DNA of 64,000 nt from Octopus bimaculoides (lineage: Eukaryota): NCBI RefSeq assembly GCF_001194135.2, contig NC_068981.1, forward strand, positions 155,181,506 to 155,245,505, in the 5' to 3' direction. Positions within the stretch are counted from its first letter, which is position 1, and each line of letters opens with the position of its first letter. The position numbers and the translations under genes are program-made. The notes under the pieces are model-generated. The model ran no database searches. It was not told the DNA's origin and saw only the letters and a program-made list of their open reading frames with translations. This document shows positions 1-12,305 of the stretch, piece after piece.

Positions 1-121
1 TCCCAGCTCTGGTCAAACCATCCAACCCATGCCAGCATGGACAACAGACATTAAATGATGATGTCTAAGTACATTTCAAATTCTATAAGGTACACACACT
101 CAGATATAATAAACTTATTTG

Positions 122-380
122 AGGTGCAAGCATAGCTGTGTGGCTAAGAAGTTTACTTCACAACCATATTGTTTTAGGTTTGGTCCCACTAATACTGTGT
201 GAGTGTAATTTGATAGACAAAAACTGTACAGAAGCCTGTTATTAATACGTATGACTAAGAAGTTCACTTCACAAACATGTGGTTTAGATTTCAGTCCTAC
301 TACATGGCCCTTTCGGCAAGTGTCCTCTACTATAGCTAAACCCGATCAATGACTAGTGAGTGAATTTGGTGGAAATTTCT
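122..380 (+). mobile_element. Two tandem SINE family A heads
   Basis: gctgtgtggctaagaag...gacaaaaactg and actaagaagttcacttcac...ggcaagtgtcctctactatagc. Confidence 0.6.
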
Positions 381-398
381 CTCTCCCTCTCTCTGTGC

Positions 399-529
<131 letters not shown>

Positions 530-1340
530 TGTTTACACTGCATATCACATGAAAAAACACTGAGCTATAGATATTGATGTTTGTTCACAATCTCTTTGTC
601 AAATAGTCAACTAGCTATGCACTTTCAAAGGTGAGCAGAATCAACACTCACATGCTTAAAAGTTATCAACAGGGAGAATATCTAACTGTAAAAGAAAGTC
701 TCAATAATATGCATTCGTCTAACCCATGCTAATAAGGAAAATCATCATTTAATGTCTGTTTTCCATGCTGGAAAAGAAGAGGGTTCAACTAGGCTCCATT
801 TGTCTGTTCTGGCATGGTTTCCATGGCAGGACGCCCTTCCTAATGCCAACCATTTTACAGAGCATACTGGGGGCTTTTTATGCAGCCCCAGCACTTGAGA
901 GGGTTGCCAACTAGCTTGCAAGACAAAAGACCTCTAAGCTGAGGAAGGGAGTGTAACTGAAGGAAGTGACTGAGCCGAACCATTGAACACACACACGCAC
1001 GCACGCACGCACGCACGCACAAAATACACACATACAAAATCATACTTCAAGCCACTTTTCCATGCTTGCATGAATCAGAGGGGATTTGTTGAAGCAAGTT
1101 TTCTATGGCCTGTTGCCATTCCTGTCACCAACCCTCACCCATTTCCAAGCAAAGCAATAATTCTCCAGTCTATCAAAACAACAAAACAGACCAGATATCG
1201 TTACAAGCCTCCTTTGGTTACAGATTGGGTGCCTGACTTCCACACTAGGTTGTGTGTTTATGTCCATGAGCAAGGCACTTATTTTATGTTACTTCATTCT
1301 ACTTAACTGAAATGTCAACCATTAGTAGCTGTGGGCTTAC

Positions 1341-1421
1341 CTTTGCAAGGTGTTGGCATTCCATGCAGGAGAAGAGCTTGAACCCTCAGTTGCTTCCATA
1401 TCCCAGAAAGTGGAATAAGCT
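1341..1421 (-). CDS. Candidate 81-nt phase 2-2 cassette exon inside RXR zinc finger 1
   Basis: catttgaccag|A...CAAAG|GTAAGC; stop-free in the RXR frame (RAYSTFWDMEATEGSSSSPAWNANTLQ). The acceptor pyrimidine tract is weak; speculative. Confidence 0.22.
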
Positions 1422-1550
1422 CTGGTCAAATGAACCAGTAGGCTTGCAACAGGTTCAAGTGTGTATGTGTATACACATACTAGCTTACTGATGTGCTCAC
1501 CAGGTAACAGTTTTTAATTTTACTGTGTGACACTCACTATCTCATGTAAG

Positions 1551-1593
<43 letters not shown>

Positions 1594-1603
1594 NNNNNNN
1601 NNN
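1594..1603. other. Assembly gap (10 N) inside (AT)n
   Basis: Direct. Confidence 0.99.
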
Positions 1604-1621
1604 ATATATATATATATACAT

Positions 1622-1652
<31 letters not shown>

Positions 1653-1957
1653 ACAGTTTTATTATTTATTTATTTAATCTATATAAACATTAGTGTACAG
1701 CTAGTAAGCCATGACAGGGAAGGGTGTATTGTAGCCCTTATATAAGAAACAGAAACAAAAAGATGTAGAGAATAGCTAAATTTTTTTTGAAGCTTCCATG
1801 AATTGGAAGCTTTTACATTGGAGCAAATTACACTATGGTTTGAGTAGTCTCCACAAGAGTATAAAATGGTGATTCCATACAATAATACAAAAATGTTCAA
1901 GAGATATTTTAAAAATTCCAATAAAACTATATAAAAAACAATAAAAGTGATTACTTA

Positions 1958-2404
<447 letters not shown>

Positions 2405-2852
2405 TCAAATTAACTTCTCACCTCAGATTTTTCTTTTCTTAACAAGGCTACACAAGACTAATTTAACAACATACCTACCTTGGACAAGTCCCTCACTTAT
2501 CAATTTTATGTAAATATTCTGTATAACATTAAGCTCAAGTCATGACAATGTTATAACCAAAATACATATAGGGTATAGCATGGACAATGAACTCAAAAAT
2601 AAGATGGTTATGATGTTTGTAAGGGAATTAGAAATGTAGAGAGGAACATATAGAGTAAATGAATAAGGAAGATTAATTAAAAGTTAATACAAACTAAGAG
2701 TCTCACATTAAAAATTAAACAATGAGAACTTCAGAAAATATCAGGTTACACCTGAAAACATGAACAGAGAAGTTATTTTGCTGAATCTTCCAACCTGAAC
2801 AAGAGCCAACAAAGGAATGTGTGGCAGCTCAACTTGCTTAAGAGAAAAATCT

Positions 2853-3056
2853 CCCTTTAGCATTCAGATTATTTATTCAAAAGTAATGTTTAGTTATTCA
2901 CAATGTTTTGAATTAAGCAAGAATTATCTTGTAGCTTCCAGATTTCGATGATGTGACCGTTTATTTTTACAATGACATTAGGGTAGGTGTGACAGACCAG
3001 CTCAAGTTGGTTTCAAAATAAAACCGGTAGAATAGTTCAGCCTAGTAAAGGGTTAA
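2853..3056 (+). mobile_element. piggyBac-like MITE, family P1
   Basis: CCCTTTAGCATT...TAAAGGG-TTAA termini; body homologous to copies at 5781, 42556, 46239 and 52760. Confidence 0.75.
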
Positions 3057-3733
3057 GACACATCTTACAATCTTCAATAAGGAAAGACATAATGAGCAAA
3101 TATCACCATAGATACAGTTTCTGAACCAAAGAAAAATGGTCACTGGTGTATTGCTTTTGATAGCAGACCAACTTGAACAAAACTAATCTAGAGCTAAACA
3201 AGATCATGAAACACTGGATGAAAGAATATTTCTCTGAAAAAGTTTATCCAGTGAAATATTAGTAAACTTCAAATTTTTAATTCCAAATTTGTAAATATTT
3301 TCTATCAATTACAGGGATTTGAAAATTAAATTAACAAGTTTAAACTATGTATATTTAAATAACTCCCTCTCATGTTCTGACATCCACTTCCTTCATCCAT
3401 AAAACTTCTCACTGCACACTACCTCTGACTTTCTTTTATCAGGACAGTGCCTCTCACTCTCATACAAAAGGTAGATGTCTGAAAGATCAGATTCTCCATT
3501 CTGCACAGCAACTGAACTCTTCTGGGAACTGAGTAAAATTGTTGTTGAAGCAAATCACCACCTGCTTCCAAGGACTAGATTTTATAAATTTCATAAAAAA
3601 AAAATTTTTTTAAGTGACACTTTTGACATGAGAAAAACTTTTAGTTACAAAATTACTGCATAGCTTTAGTAAACAAGCTGTATATTCATCCCTCAATCTC
3701 AGTTTCTCTCTAATATAATATATATATATATAC

Positions 3734-3827
3734 ATATACTTTATTTAAAAGCAGCAGAATATAACAAAAGACTGTTACTCGGAGTTAGTCTTTTGTTATA
3801 TTTCTGCTGCTTTTAAATAAAGCATAT
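3734..3827. repeat. 40-bp near-perfect inverted repeat (part of a short element between (TA)n tracts)
   Basis: Arms 3734-3773 and 3787-3827, one mismatch and one indel, 13-nt loop. Confidence 0.9.
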
Positions 3828-4811
3828 TAATCTACCTCTGGTATTTGAGTACTCTTTTTTCCACCTTGTTGCACATTTTATGTGCTTACTCTGGTATATA
3901 TATATATATATATATATATTTGTATAAACATACACCATATGCACTCTTCTTTAATGAGGCAGTACTCAGTGTGTAATAAGGATCTTAAGTTATTACAAAC
4001 TTTATTAGAAATATCACACTATAGCTATTTCAATAACATTTGACAAAAACACTTCATTGAAACAGGGGTAATGTGGTAGGTCTTATAAAAACTGCATGTA
4101 TATATGTAACAACAAAATGATACTAAATGTGAAATAATTCAAGAGAAGGAGTTGTCTCAAAATTAAGGATCAACAAATTTCATGTGGGGTTATTTCTATT
4201 TCCTTACAAATTATCCTAATTCTAGAGATATCCATTTGGGAATTTTTTAAGCACACATTTAAATTTCCTTATAGTGCACAGTTGGCCTCTCTCCAACTTG
4301 ACACTAATTTGGATCTGTTTTTCCCCACCTACTTCTTAAGACCATATTGAAGGTGTATTGAAACAAAACAACAAAAAAAGCATACACAGTACCAGAAAGT
4401 CTAAGTTGAGAGTATATTGCATGGGGAGGTTGGCTAGGCATCTCTTAGGGATAGACATTTTTTTCTTAAAAAAGTTGTTCTTAACCATTAATTACTTAAC
4501 CAAACAAAATTGTCTAACTCATTTATCATAAGGTCATCTCCAGAACTACTTTGTCAATATATTCACATCTTGAGCAAAGTAAAACTAACTTAGCCATATT
4601 AACACTCATCCAATCCTTCCCTCCATCCTATTCAATGTAGGAAGATATTCCTGAAATACTCCACCTCCCACACAACCTAACTCTCTAAAGAAGAATGTAA
4701 GGGGAAAGCATAATACAGTAGTAGCTGTAAAGAAATATCAAGACGATATTTTGACCCCCAATGTTTATAGATAAAAATACACTAACTATAAAAATAGAAC
4801 AAAATAGAAGC

Positions 4812-5100
4812 TGAAATCATCAGTTCATGCTGAGGTACCACTTTGAAGGGAAACTAGTACTTTGTTTTTAAACTAACATCAGATGTCAAGTGATGATTAG
4901 GGACAAACAACACAGACACACACACACACACAAATAAATACATATAAAAAGCTTCTTTCAGTTTCATCTACCAAATCCACTCACAAGGTTTTGGTTGGCC
5001 TAGGGCTACAATAAAAAACACTTGCTGAAGCCGCTACACAGAGGGACTGAAACCAACACCAATGGTTGAGTAGTAAGCTTCTTAACCAGAGTCACACATG
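4812..5100 (-). mobile_element. SINE family A (diverged)
   Basis: gcttctttcagtttcatctaccaaatccactcacaagg block plus head. Confidence 0.7.
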
Positions 5101-5780
5101 GACTCTCAAATCTGATTCTATTCTTCAAAAACTGCTATAGTAAACAAAAGTGTGACCAGAAAGAGAATAACTTCCAGCAAAAGCAAAATAAATGTTTGAA
5201 TACATAAATATTTAGGCTTTATAGATATATGATAAATAAATAAAAACATTTAACAGTGTGAAGGGAGGGTTAAATTTGTATTCTGCAAAAGCTATCAATT
5301 ACTCTTATATGATACTCCCAAGTAAAAGCTAATTCTTTTTTTCATTTTCAAACCAGAAAGATCCTAACATCACAGAAGAATCTCATTTAAATTTCACACG
5401 AACCATGCATATTTAGGGATGTTCTATCTTTTTCTTTTTAAAAATCAAAATCAGTATTGGAAACTAAATTGCATGATTTTCTATTTTCAAAGCAATTCAT
5501 CCTGCATGTCTATGCTTATGTGTGCACAAGCTATTTTCAATATTGTCTATAGTAATTATGCTAAGTCATCCATTTTTCAGTTAATTGCGTGTTGTAGTAA
5601 CAAGTGTCTATTGCTTCATTCTCTTCTTAGCACTGTTCCTAACTGAATGAACATAGCTTTATAGCAGAATATACTCCAACTACAACCTTCATTTTGGAAG
5701 TTTGTTCTCAGTTATCTGTATTTTATCAAACTTCTAAGGGTGCTAAACCAAAGAACTGTCATTATTCTCTATAGTCATTT

Positions 5781-6010
5781 TTAACCCATCAGTATTTAAA
5801 CAGGTCATATCCAACCCAAATATGTTACCTGTTTTATGTTCTAACCACTCAGATCCAACCTATCACACTTACCCTTCAATGCCATTTTAAAAATATATAC
5901 AATTGCATCATCAAAATTTCGAAGCTACAAAATAATGCATAACTAATTAAAAAGAATTTGAATGAAAAAGAATTACATTTGGCAGAATAATCTGAATACT
6001 AAAGGGTTAA
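5781..6010 (-). mobile_element. piggyBac-like MITE, family P1
   Basis: TTAA-CCC...AATACTAAAGGG-TTAA; reverse orientation relative to 2853-3056. Confidence 0.8.
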
Positions 6011-6493
6011 ATTACATGCTCCCTTATTCCTTTATCTTGAGAGTAAGCCTAATCAATAATAGATTGGTTCCTCTTAGAATTCAGTATACCTGATACATAC
6101 AAGTTACTTCTAATAAGAGAGATAAACAGCAGAAAATAGAAGCCAGTAAGATGTTAAAATACATTCACTTAAGCAAATATCTGTTGTGCAAGTTATAAAA
6201 AAAAACTGACATTCAAAAGAAGACTAAAATATAAATATGGAACTATAAATATTTCAATTATAATGAAATATATAAACACACACTGCAAATAAAAATACTA
6301 GCAAAAAGAAAAAAAAATCTACATTCGATGAAATTTCTATTAAAACCTTTTTACCCTATTTAGTTACTTAGTTTTTCATCTACAACTAAAAAACACTAAT
6401 CGATAAACTTTTTAACCTAATCCTGAATTAAAAACAGCTTATAAAATCCCAATGGTTCTTCCTCACCTACATCAGAGTTGTTTGTTTAAGGCA

Positions 6494-6569
6494 GTCTAAG
6501 CAATCAACTCATGAAAGGGGCTTTTACAACTGTCTAAGCAATCAACTCATGAAGGGGGCTTTTACAGCT
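6494..6569 (+). repeat. Tandem duplication, 2 x 38 bp
   Basis: GTCTAAGCAATCAACTCATGAA(A/G)GGGGCTTTTACA(A/G)CT twice, 2 mismatches. Confidence 0.95.
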
Positions 6570-6929
6570 TGTAGCAAAATTTACTAATCCAGTAATGCTG
6601 TTTTATTACTAATCCAATAACTATGATTCATTTACACACTAGGAGATAAGTCAGAATTTCCCAATTCTTTTCAGCCACTCTCTTCTTGTAGCCTGGAAAC
6701 TTTAAGAGTTTGATATCAAATCAATCATACAGAAAGCATGCTTTATATTAATTAAAACTCTGACACACAAAGATATCTATTGTTCATTATCTAAATTGTA
6801 GATAAAGAAAAATACATTTAAAAATTTGATACATTCTCCCACATAAAATATAAATTGGCTACACAAATTGCAAGATCAATGACTTTAGAAATATATAATT
6901 TTAGTGTGTATGTGTGTGTACCCACACAC

Positions 6930-7110
6930 ATGCATATGACTGTGTAGTTAGTAAGTTTGTTTCCCAACCAGTTTGGATTTGGGGTCCAATCCCATAGAGT
7001 GGAATCTTCGACAAGTACCTTCCACTATAGGCCTTGGCTGCCCCAAACCTAGTAAATGAATTTGATAGACAGAAACTAAAAGCCCATCGTATATTCATAT
7101 ACAGGTGTAT
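6930..7110 (+). mobile_element. SINE family A head (diverged)
   Basis: gactgtgtagttagtaagtttg...gacagaaactaaaagcccatcg. Confidence 0.6.
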
Positions 7111-8801
7111 ATTGGTCTTGTCTTGACATTGCACGATAATTACAAACAAACATCATTGTCATTCCAGCAATATCCCTCCATGGGGTAACATTGTTTTGCT
7201 TATAAACAGCTGAGGGTTGACAACAGGAAGGGCATCTGGCCATAGAAAATTGTTCTCAATGAATTCTTCCTGAACCAGGCAAGCATAAAAAAGTGGGTAT
7301 TAAAATGATGATATAAAGAGACAATCTAATTCACAGAAATACAAAACTGTAAACTGAAGCTTTTCAAAATTCTATTTGAGAATAGGAAAATCTCAATTTA
7401 AAATTATCTTGCAAACAATTTTTTTTTTCTAATTTGATATCTCCATAGTTGTTTATGTTTTAGAGAAGATACTCTTTCAAAGATCTTTTATTAATAGTCT
7501 TTAGAATTTATTGTTGAAATTATTTTTAGTTAAAACTAAAGCATGAGAACTTAATCAGGCAATTAGCTTTTGTAAAATAATTTTTAAATTGTAGCCTCTA
7601 TACCTTTTGCAAGAAATTCATAAAAATATGTTGAAGAATAAAAAGCAAAATGTTTAAGAGAGATAATCATTAATTTATTTAGACTAATCTATATATACAA
7701 GAAAAAAAAAATGAATAAGATTATTATCATTATCTTTTGATAACTGAAATCCAGGGACTAATGAGCTAGATTGGAAAACATTCATGCAAATACTAATTTT
7801 TTCTAAAACCTCAAAAAGTACAAAGAACACAATTCACAAAATAAAGACTAAAAATGTTTTTAAAACTCATTGAAATTTATCAAATACCACATCTAAAATA
7901 TTAAATACTATAATCTAAAATATACTATGATGAGATACTTATAAAATTTAGTTTGGAATATTCAATAGATAACAAAAATAAAATGGCAATTTGATAAATG
8001 TTTAGAAAGAAATATTTGAAGTAAAACTAGAAAAATACTTAGTAGATTACTGATGCAGAGAAAACAGAAGGATATTATTGGCTGCATCTTTTTACAGCAT
8101 TAGATATGTCAAGTAGAATAACATCACTAAGAAAATTATCACTTTATCAATAGCCAGTTAAATTACTAACCATTCAGTTGATAACTATTATATAAAAATT
8201 AATAGTAAATAAACACAAACAGTATGTATAAGAATGTATAAGTAAAACAGAAATAAAATGCAGAAATGTTACTCTCTTGAATCTAAACAAGTCTGAGTTG
8301 AAGCATCTAAAATTATCTTCAACAAAATATTCTAAAAACAATCAAAATATGCTGCTGAGGAAAAGAGTGAGTGAAAAGTAGAATGCAGTGAAAGTGACAG
8401 AATGGCTGACTGAATCACCTGAGAAATGTAAATTAGCTGAGTCAACTACTTAAAAAGAAAATAGCTGTCACAAAATTTCAGTAAAAGCAGCATAAAAGAA
8501 ATGTAAGAGTAAACTTGAAATAAATCCAAAATTGGGAGAAAAAAATATCAAGTTTGATTTCAAACAAATCTGCATGTTCAAACTTCCAGGAAGTCAAAAC
8601 ACAAGAGACATGAACACACACAATTAGAAAAAAACTTATAAAGTATATACTATCTCACAACTCGAGATAATTAGGGAAGATGAAAGAATTTTTAATACAA
8701 ATAAAAGCAAAACTATAAAGAAGATTCATGTTGGAAATAATAAAACTAATAACTGAAAGAAAAAAAAAAAAGATACAGAGAACAGCAATTATGCTGCTTA
8801 C

Positions 8802-8862
8802 CAGGAATAGAGTTATTAGTTGTCTCATAGCCAGCCCTAGCACCATTCCCTATCAGCCACAT
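8802..8862 (-). CDS. RXR: Candidate alternative RXR N-terminal coding exon (MWLIGNGARAGYETTNNSIP)
   Basis: accATG start, 20 codons + 1 nt, then CTG|GTAAGC phase-1 donor, in frame with the exon at 2373. In-frame TAA 15 nt upstream of the ATG; possible acceptor ttttgttaaag at 8901-8900. No transcript evidence. Confidence 0.45.
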
Positions 8863-9699
8863 GGTAGAAGTTGTTTATCAGCAGTAATGCTGCTGCTGCC
8901 TTTAACAAAATATACAATTCAGATGAGTTTCAATTAGTGAATGAGGAGGACCACTGAAGGAGAACCTAATCAATGTAGAACAAATAGAAAAAAAAATGGG
9001 CCCAGCTGACATTTTGCTGGCATTTCCACCAGCATTCAAAAACAGAAAAAGGAAAACAAAAACGAAAAAGTAGAGACGTAGTGGAGATGTAGCAACTGAT
9101 GCTAGTTGTATGGAAGGTGAGAAGTAACTCTAACTAGTGTGAGAGAAAGTTGTAACAGTGCCAGTGAAAGATAGCTTGCCACTTCCAGGGAATTATATTC
9201 AAAATGTAAAGCTCAAATATTTACATACTTGGGAAATTGCTTTTAAAGATCTATAGTTTCTGTAAAAGAGTATCACTCATACAAACTATCTTCCTTTCTA
9301 TGTTCAGAAAATCACATATACAAGCTGTCTCTTAGCTTCAACATTCAGCAGAAGATTTGCAGTGTAGCTAGTCTCTTACAAAAGCCTTAAGAAATATCAC
9401 ATAGGAAAAAGATAAAGTAGATAACATTTGACTGGCCAGAAAACAATACAATTTAGAGATAAAAACAACTGAAGAATTTTGGATAAAAGACAGTAAAAAG
9501 AGAATATTCAGAGATGAAAAAAATTTCAAGTTGTCTTTCAGTTATTTAACATCAAAAAAGAGTAAGCAATCATAAATTGTTATCATTCATCAGAAGATAT
9601 CTGGAGAGAATTGTGTAATGACTATAAAAATATACTTTTGCTCACATTTAGATAGAATTTTAAAGCACAATTTCAAGAATTTTCCTCTATTGACAAGTT

Positions 9700-10500
9700 A
9701 CATGTGGGAATAATTAAATCAAGAATTTCTAGATGGAGCTGATATTACAATTAGAATTTAAGAACAAAAGAAAAAAAGATTTTTTTAAAATCTATATTAC
9801 ATGATAAAAACTATTTACTACTCAATTTCATTCTCTAATTTGAGGAGATTAGACAAAATAGGAAAGCAAAATTCCAGTCAGTTTGAAGTCTCTAGGGTAT
9901 TTTTACTCATGGGTGAAGGAAGGAATATTGGTAAAATAACCAAAGGTTTTTTTTTCATTTTTTTCTCTCCCATTAAGAAAATTTTACCTCCAGCAATGAG
10001 ATACTGAAAACAATGGTATAAAAGTGATTAATGAAGAAGCTATGAAAAAATTATATCATTTTTCTCCCCTTTCCCATATGAGAAACTGTCTTGTTTCATT
10101 GTAATATTGTTGAAAGCTATTCCAGTGTTTCATGATTAGTTCTCAAACAGAAAGCTTTTAACAATAAACAGTGGAGTTAACAGAACTAAGACAATAAGGG
10201 AGGAAAAAATGACCAGGACAGAGAGCTCATTAATGGAATATTTGGAATCCTTGTGAATTGCTTATAGATTAATAAAGTAGCTAAACAACTAGAAAAGAGA
10301 AAAGGTCTCTAAAACTGTTTAACCCAATAGAGAGAGAAAAAAAAAGCTAATATCTTGGAGAAATTTCATAAAGGGATGATTTATTAAAGCTTTCACTAGC
10401 TTTAATAAATCAGCACTTGTAATTTACAGCTACTTTTGATAAGGTTAGTCAATGAAAAAAGAAATAACCTTGGATTCTTAATAAGAATACAATGTATTAA
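9700..10500 (+). mobile_element. Possible very old CR1/L2-type RT relic, antisense in the RXR intron
   Basis: Weak motif echoes only, e.g. LVIY../ATFDKVS (cf. VIYLDFxKAFDKVxH). Confidence 0.25.
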
Positions 10501-12194
10501 AATTATTTGAGAAATTCTAATATAGTTAAAATTTCAAATATCTATGATCAAGACATTTCATTTTAGTAAAATAGACTTAACATTTGATAAGCTATCATCT
10601 GCATGCTAGTTTACCAGAATATCTCACTCAGCATGCAGCTTGTCCATGACAGCTACAGCATAAAAGACACATTTTAAGTCAAGCCTTCACTAACAGCAAG
10701 CAAACTAGGTTCTCAGCAATGAGCTGAATATAGAATTCTTAAATGTTTGATGCTATCTTAACAACATGTAGAGCGTTGCTGCTGACAATTATTACAACAT
10801 CCATTTTCATTCACTATTTTTTTTTTTAAATCCTTTACCTTTACAAGCAGTTCAAATAGAATTGGAGAGAAACATAATTATCATCTAGGCTTACTTGTTT
10901 TTGTAATTATATCCAGCTGTCTAGCTAGAACTGTATTTAGATCCAAACAATACACGATTAAAACCTAAAACTATTTACTTCAGATATATTTATCACATCA
11001 TTCAGTTTTTCTTTTTCTTCCTCAAAATCTTTCTTTTTATACACATGCTCAAAAAGTAAAGAAATTCCAGTCAACACAAATAGTTTACCTTAAATGATTC
11101 TAATCAGTGCCAGCACTAAAAATACTGATAGACTAAAATATTCTCAACATACATTAGGTTGCCAAGGTAGGAAAATTTAACTACCATTGATCTTGTAGTG
11201 AATTAAGGCCATATCAATACAGCCCACCACTGTTTGCATATTCTATACTTTGGTATTTTATACTCTGAACAAAAGTGTTTTTTTTTTTAACCTTCTTTTA
11301 CTGATGCTTATAGGTCATATCTACTAATAGATGGATCTTTACCACAACTAGGTCATCTGGATACTGAAGAACCAGGCTCTTTTTTGTGTGCAGCCACTAT
11401 TTAAAAATAAATCTAATACAAAACAACTAAGTTTATTTAGAGAAGCATATGAATTAAGAAAAATTTGTTTACGTATTAAAAAAAAAAATGCAAAAGAAAC
11501 TGCATGGATTATGCATCCTAATAAACAATGTTGCCAACACAAATCCATTAAAAACTATGAATAGATGTATATCATTTATATCTATAATTAGCAGTTGATT
11601 TATTGGAGCTAAAGAGACTTCCAAATTATATCGATTTGTTCACTGTTCCACTTATATGAAAAATTTAAAAACTAATAAATGATTAGACTACACATTCATG
11701 TCAAAAATAAATAGAATTACACATTTAGTAAAAGATTAATTTATATTCTTAAGAAATCTTCAGAAACAACTTGAAAAAATATTCTCAACAATGTATTAGA
11801 TATGAACCCAATCCCACTCCCTCTGTAATAGGATAATTATAATTTCTTTAACTTGCAGCAAACACAAGATTATTGATTGAAATGAAAAAAAATTCTTTAT
11901 TCGTTAATAGAACAAAAGATCTACAGAGAAAGAAAACAGAAACTAAAATCTAAATAATACTTTATTATAGAACACAGGAAGTATATTGAATGAACCAAGA
12001 TGAACAAATCTTTTACTGACTTCAATTATTGAACTCTGGCCATGCTAGGGTACTACCTTCAAGAATTTTAGTTTGTATGAAACCTAGTACAGTGGTACTT
12101 ATTAATAGAAAAAGAGAGCAAGGTAAATTTGACCGGGTCAAAAAAGATATGAATACTGCAAAGAGAAGGTGGCAGTGATTCTGCCAACTTTTCC

Positions 12195-12305
12195 TTTTAT
12201 ATGCACACAAACCCACACAGGTGCTTGTTACACTGTGAGATTAAACCCAGAACCCACCTTGCAATTGTGAATCACTTCTTAGCAACACAGCCATGTCTGT
12301 CCGCA
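12195..12305 (-). mobile_element. Degenerate SINE family A head
   Basis: ttaaacccagaacc...cttcttagcaacacagccatg; last SINE-like sequence before the SINE-free zone. Confidence 0.45.
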
